Shown here one piece after another: positions 25,976 through 32,000 of a DNA stretch of 32,000 nucleotides. Where the stretch lies: NCBI GenBank assembly GCA_965219535.1, contig CBDCNV010000002.1, positions 240,001 through 272,000 of the forward strand, read 5' to 3'. The notes below the pieces were generated by a model. The model searched no databases. It was not told where the DNA came from and worked only from the letters and a program-made list of their open reading frames with translations. The translations under genes were made by a program, and so were the position numbers. Position 1 is the stretch's first letter; every line of letters begins with the position of its first letter. The stretch comes from Opitutales bacterium. Its GTDB lineage: Bacteria > Verrucomicrobiota > Verrucomicrobiia > Opitutales > PNEW01.

Positions 25976-26251
25976 GCAATTTTTATTTACATTATATATT
26001 CTTTTAATATAAACCCTCCTTTTCTCTATTATGAAAATCGCATAAACCTGATAATAAATTATTCTTTAAAAGACCCGTGGTCTTCTAAATATTACCCCAT
26101 TGAAAGTGTTCCAACCTCGGCTGATAAATGTCTATAATTCGCCCATCTACCCGAAATGAGGTAAAAATTATGGAAGTTTTGCCCCTTCTTATACAAAACT
26201 CTTAAACCGGAAGGCGAACGGTAAATGACCGCATTTTTTAGCAGGAAAAGA

Positions 26252-28330
26252 TCAGTCTTCCTGCGGTTGCTTACTCGCCGCGATGACTTTCTGCTCTAAA
26301 TCGCGTTGCAATTCTTCATAGTGGCTGAACTCCTCTGAGTGAATGCCGCGCCCCCCGGTGATAGAGCGAAGGGTAGTCGAATAACGGTATAATTCCATTT
26401 GAGGCACCTGTGCGATTATAATCTGGCTATTCCCTTTGGCTTCCATTCCCTGAATTCTTCCACGCCGGCCGGAGATATCGCCCATCACATCACCCAGACA
26501 CTCATCGGGCACTTTTATTTCCACTTTGTAAATGGGTTCCAGGAGATAGGGTTTTGCACTTTTGAATGCCTCTTTAAATGCCCCCTTACCCGCTATCTGA
26601 AAAGCGACGTCTTTCGAATCAACAGGGTGCATTTTCCCGTCATAAAAATCTACTTTCAAATCAACGACGTGATAACCTGCTACAACGCCTTCCTTGCAAA
26701 CGGCATTCACCCCTTTTTCCACGGAGGGGACAAATCCGCGATCAACATTCTGTCCCACTAGCGAGTGGGTGAACTCTACACCGGAATCCCGCGTTTTAGG
26801 TTCTATCCGCATCCATACTTCAGCAAATTGACCCGCTCCACCCGATTGCTTTTTATGCCGGTACTTGGATTCCCCTTTGCTTTTTATCGTTTCACGAAAG
26901 GGAATTTTAGGTTCGATAAGTTCAATTTCGACATTAAATCGACTGCGCAAATTTTCGCAGATGACCTGCAAATGCAATTCCCCCTGCCCGGAGATTATTG
27001 TTTGATGTATCTCCGGATCTGTGCGGTAGAGAAAAGTGGGATCCTCTTCATGAAGCGTGGAGAGCCCTAGCGCTATTTTATCTTCATCTCCTTTAGATTT
27101 AAGTTTAAGCGCCCCATGGATATTGGGTTTAGGATACGCTACCTGCTGTAATGAGATAGCTTTTTTTGCATTGCAAAGCGTATTTCCGGTATGCGTATCC
27201 TTTAACTTTACGACCGCGCCTAAATCTCCGGCACTCAGACTTTCAATATTTGTCCTGTTCTTCCCATTCAAGATATAGATCTGCCCAATTCTTTCGTTAA
27301 TATTTCTTGCGCTATTATAAAGTTCATTCCCTGTTTTTACTGAACCGGAATAAACGCGAAAAAAAGATAAGTCTCCCATGTGAGGTTCACTAATCGTTTT
27401 AAAAACAAATAAAACGGGATCAGAACCATTTCGGGTGATTTCAACCTCTGTCTCTTTGCCATCCAACCCTTTTACTTTTTCGAGATCAGCGGGCGAAGAA
27501 CCAAACTTGGCTATAAAATCCATTAATCTGGCCACCCCAATATTATATTCAGCGGAAGAGCAAAACAGGGGAATAAATGCTTGGTTTTGATATGCACCGT
27601 GAACACCCTCGCGCATCTCTTCCTCGGACAATCCACCCTCGTCGAAAAATTTCTCGAGTAAGGTGTCATCCGATTCGGCTACATATTCAATTAACTCCTG
27701 ATGCAGTTTATTTACTTTTTCATTCCAATCATCCGAGGCGGGATTTTCATCAAACGCGCCACTGCCATCAGTTTTGTAAGTGACAATTTCACTTCGCATT
27801 ACATCCAGTACCTGATTAAAACCTGGACCCGGATTAATCGGAATGTTCATGGGAAAGACGCGTTTCCCGAATCGCTCTTTAAGATCTTCAAGCGTTTTTT
27901 CGAAATTCGCATGCTCATTATCCAGCGCGTTAACGACAATCAATTTTGGAATTCCATATTCCGTTGCATACTCCCATACCAGCTCGGTCCCTACTTCCAC
28001 CCCCTTACTGGCGTCGACAACAAAGAGCGCGAAATCGGCTACTCTCATGGCCCCCAGGCTATCGCTGATAAAATCCAGATATCCGGGAGTATCGATGATA
28101 TTAAATTTTTTACCCATCCACTCTGTATGTAAAAGAGAGGCATGGATAGAAATCTGGCGCTTTTTTTCGTCCTCGTGGTAATCCGATACCGTGGATCCGT
28201 TGGCTATACTCCCAAGACGATTAATGACCCCGCCATGGGCCAGCATGGCTTCACATAACATGGTTTTTCCGGAAGAACCATGCCCAACAACAGCAAAATT
28301 CCTGATGTCTGAAGACTGATAGTCTTTCAT
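26252..28330 (-). CDS. elongation factor G paralogue (EF-G2-like)
   Basis: 692 aa with the full five-domain EF-G layout. The G motifs are atypical: GHGSSGKT (canonical AHIDAGKT) and DTPGYLDF. Domain IV has SGGAGQFAEV. It is not in an rpsL-rpsG-fusA-tuf context. Confidence 0.9.
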   Translation of the reverse strand: MKDYQSSDIRNFAVVGHGSSGKTMLCEAMLAHGGVINRLGSIANGSTVSDYHEDEKKRQISIHASLLHTEWMGKKFNIIDTPGYLDFISDSLGAMRVADFALFVVDASKGVEVGTELVWEYATEYGIPKLIVVNALDNEHANFEKTLEDLKERFGKRVFPMNIPINPGPGFNQVLDVMRSEIVTYKTDGSGAFDENPASDDWNEKVNKLHQELIEYVAESDDTLLEKFFDEGGLSEEEMREGVHGAYQNQAFIPLFCSSAEYNIGVARLMDFIAKFGSSPADLEKVKGLDGKETEVEITRNGSDPVLFVFKTISEPHMGDLSFFRVYSGSVKTGNELYNSARNINERIGQIYILNGKNRTNIESLSAGDLGAVVKLKDTHTGNTLCNAKKAISLQQVAYPKPNIHGALKLKSKGDEDKIALGLSTLHEEDPTFLYRTDPEIHQTIISGQGELHLQVICENLRSRFNVEIELIEPKIPFRETIKSKGESKYRHKKQSGGAGQFAEVWMRIEPKTRDSGVEFTHSLVGQNVDRGFVPSVEKGVNAVCKEGVVAGYHVVDLKVDFYDGKMHPVDSKDVAFQIAGKGAFKEAFKSAKPYLLEPIYKVEIKVPDECLGDVMGDISGRRGRIQGMEAKGNSQIIIAQVPQMELYRYSTTLRSITGGRGIHSEEFSHYEELQRDLEQKVIAASKQPQED

Positions 28331-28362
28331 CGATAAACCTACTTATTCATCGTCGTCCAGAT

Positions 28363-28863
28363 TCAAGCCGCGGCATGATGTGGATTTGTCTTTTTATCGA
28401 AGCGGGTGGTAAAACTTATTACTTTGGGTTCAACCACTTGCGCAAAGTCTTTATAATTCATCTTTATAATTTCAGTATGAGAGCCGGCATTAAATGCAAT
28501 CTCTTCATCTTCGGCTAAACTTTTCGCGACAAAGACCTCCATGTTATAAAGATTCCCAAAAGGTGGCATCGCGCCCAATTCACAATCGGGAAAGATTTCT
28601 AATAATTCACTTTCAGGGGCGAGAAAAACATCGCCGCCACCCAGTGCAATCATCAAGCGATTAAAGTTTATATTATAATTGGCCGGCAGAACGGCCATGA
28701 CCATTTTACCGTTTACATTTACGAGAACTGTTTTAGCCATTTCCTTCCCTGGGATATGGACCAATGCCGCTACTTCCTGCGCGCTATAAGCGAGGGAGTG
28801 GCTGAGCACCACATATTTGATATGGTTGCTGTCTAGATATTCTCTCAATTTTTTTAGTACCAT
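28363..28863 (-). CDS. YbaK/ProX-family aminoacyl-tRNA deacylase-like protein
   Basis: 166 aa. ...GKEMAKTVLV...GAMPPFGNLY...IAFNAGSHTE pattern typical of the tRNA_edit domain. It lies 32 nt upstream of the EF-G paralogue on the same strand. Confidence 0.8.
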   Translation of the reverse strand: MVLKKLREYLDSNHIKYVVLSHSLAYSAQEVAALVHIPGKEMAKTVLVNVNGKMVMAVLPANYNINFNRLMIALGGGDVFLAPESELLEIFPDCELGAMPPFGNLYNMEVFVAKSLAEDEEIAFNAGSHTEIIKMNYKDFAQVVEPKVISFTTRFDKKTNPHHAAA

Positions 28864-28921
28864 TCTTTCTTTATTTTAGAGATTATTAACGAAAACCCGC
28901 CATTAATTTTGGTGACAATAG

Positions 28922-28953
28922 ATTATATAGGAGACTCTTTTTAAGAAGTTCAA
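28922..28953 (-). promoter_or_regulatory. putative sigma70-like promoter for the ybaK-like / EF-G2 pair
   Basis: The minus strand reads TTGAAC-(18 nt)-TATATAAT, about 60 nt upstream of the ATG at 28863. Confidence 0.35.
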
Positions 28954-29019
28954 AGTTGTAAAAAAATGTCAAGCTCCCTCTTAAAAACACCCGAAATCAA
29001 CCCCTATTTTTCACTTTTC

Positions 29020-29256
29020 CCCCTTCTTTTCATTGCGAGGGAGACTGACAGCCGACTGCGGCCATTCGGGGGGATATCAATACGTAACCGACATTCACCT
29101 GGAATGGATGATATCGTCATGCAGCCGTGGGGCGACATCTTCCAAAAGCACACAAGCGGAACGTCATATGAAAATCCTAACATCTATAGATCTACATTAC
29201 GCAACCAGCATTCCCCTGGATTGCCGCGTCACGTTGCTCCTCGCAATGACAAGAGG
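29020..29256 (+). mobile_element. MITE-like element, copy 2
   Basis: Terminal inverted repeats are CCTTCTTTTCATTGCGAGG and CCTCGCAATGACAAGAGG. It is collinear with copy 1. It lies about 130 bp downstream of the rRNA operon terminator. Confidence 0.7.
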
Positions 29257-29386
29257 CGACTGTTCAACTCGGCACGCCGTAGCTGATGTAACTGGCAGCC
29301 GTCCATCCATCCTGGATCGTGCATCCTGCATCCTGAACAATCCGAGATCCGAATTCCGCAATCCGCAATCGCATATCGCCAATGGC

Positions 29387-29426
29387 AAAAAAAAGGCCCA
29401 CCCGCTCCTCTCGGAACGAATGGGCC
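29387..29426 (-). terminator. intrinsic terminator of the rRNA operon
   Basis: The minus strand reads GGCCCATTCGTTCCGAGAGGAGCGGGTGGGCC followed by T8, immediately after the 5S gene. Confidence 0.85.
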
Positions 29427-29430
29427 ATAA

Positions 29431-29545
29431 ACCTGGCAATAACCTACTCTCGCACAGCTTTCGCTGCACTACCATCGGCGGTCGAGGGCTTAACGGTCGT
29501 GTTCGGGATGGGAACGTGTGTTTCCCCTCACCAATAATCACCAGA
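29431..29545 (-). rRNA. rrf: 5S ribosomal RNA
   Basis: The reverse complement reads CTGGTGATTATTGGTGAGGGGAAACACACGTTCCCATCCCGAACACGACCGTTAAGCCCTCGACCGCCGATGGTAGTGCAGCGAAAGCTGTGCGAGAGTAGGTTATTGCCAGGT, which contains the canonical 5S motifs. Confidence 0.9.
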
Positions 29546-29675
29546 GTGAATATCTGCGAGCACCGCATGTATTCCATTAAGCCTTATCGCCAGAGCACAA
29601 TGCTCAGTGATAGATAAAATCAGTCTAATTGCCTGTGAGTAATTAAACGCCTGACGTTAAGCGAAGAACATATTC

Positions 29676-32000
<2,325 letters not shown>

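Noticed and set aside
26399-28181. Plus-strand ORFs inside the EF-G paralogue (for example 26399..26761 and 27701..28132)
   Set aside because: They are antisense shadows of a full-length conserved GTPase gene.
24756-28330. Functional link between Fic and the adjacent EF-G paralogue, by analogy with Fic-fold toxins that modify translation factors
   Set aside because: The genes are separated by about 320 bp of AT-rich DNA and differ clearly in base composition. They look like independently acquired neighbours, and nothing in the sequence supports co-regulation.
28966-29617. ORFs 28966..29286 (+), 29033..29617 (+) and 29197..29577 (-)
   Set aside because: They span the MITE copy, low-complexity repeats, the rRNA terminator and the 5S gene. 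Their translations are repeat-derived (for example ...LPRHVAPRNDK...), and there is no coding signal.

Overview
This 32-kb window looks chromosomal. The gene content and the 23S/5S sequence look PVC/Verrucomicrobia-like, but that is a low-confidence guess.

Contents from left to right:
- A TPR/coiled-coil locus whose reading frame runs through two in-frame stops (1-1197, minus strand).
- An AT-rich cassette with a four-helix-bundle gene (23S-IVS protein / Avd-like family) bracketed by a 15-bp inverted repeat (1485-2018).
- A 1094-aa fusion of a family-5 ABC substrate-binding protein to a DppB/OppB-like permease, with no partner transporter genes nearby (2034-5318, minus strand).
- A small membrane protein gene (5864-6061).
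- A 5.3-kb insertion-sequence graveyard (6138-11429). It holds an intact IS481-like element, an IS3-like copy A split by a second IS481-like element with a 7-bp target duplication, and an IS3-like copy B. It abuts a hypothetical gene pair (11462-13064).
- A TetR-linked OMF-MFP-RND efflux operon (13285-19939, minus strand).
- A DsbD-family disulfide reductase (20510-22606).
- A secreted internal-repeat protein, a DUF3147-like membrane protein, and a class II Fic protein in a low-GC islet.
- A YbaK-like deacylase followed by an EF-G paralogue.
- The 3' end of an rRNA operon on the minus strand (partial 23S, 5S, strong terminator).

The most unusual signal is a family of ultra-short (22-45 nt), sequence-related insertions. 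They interrupt both IS3 transposase genes and one copy of a ~240-bp MITE-like element. A near-identical 45-mer sits at the homologous codon of two diverged transposases. One 23-mer fuses OrfA and OrfB in frame at the frameshift site.

No CRISPR array, tRNA gene or prophage was seen.
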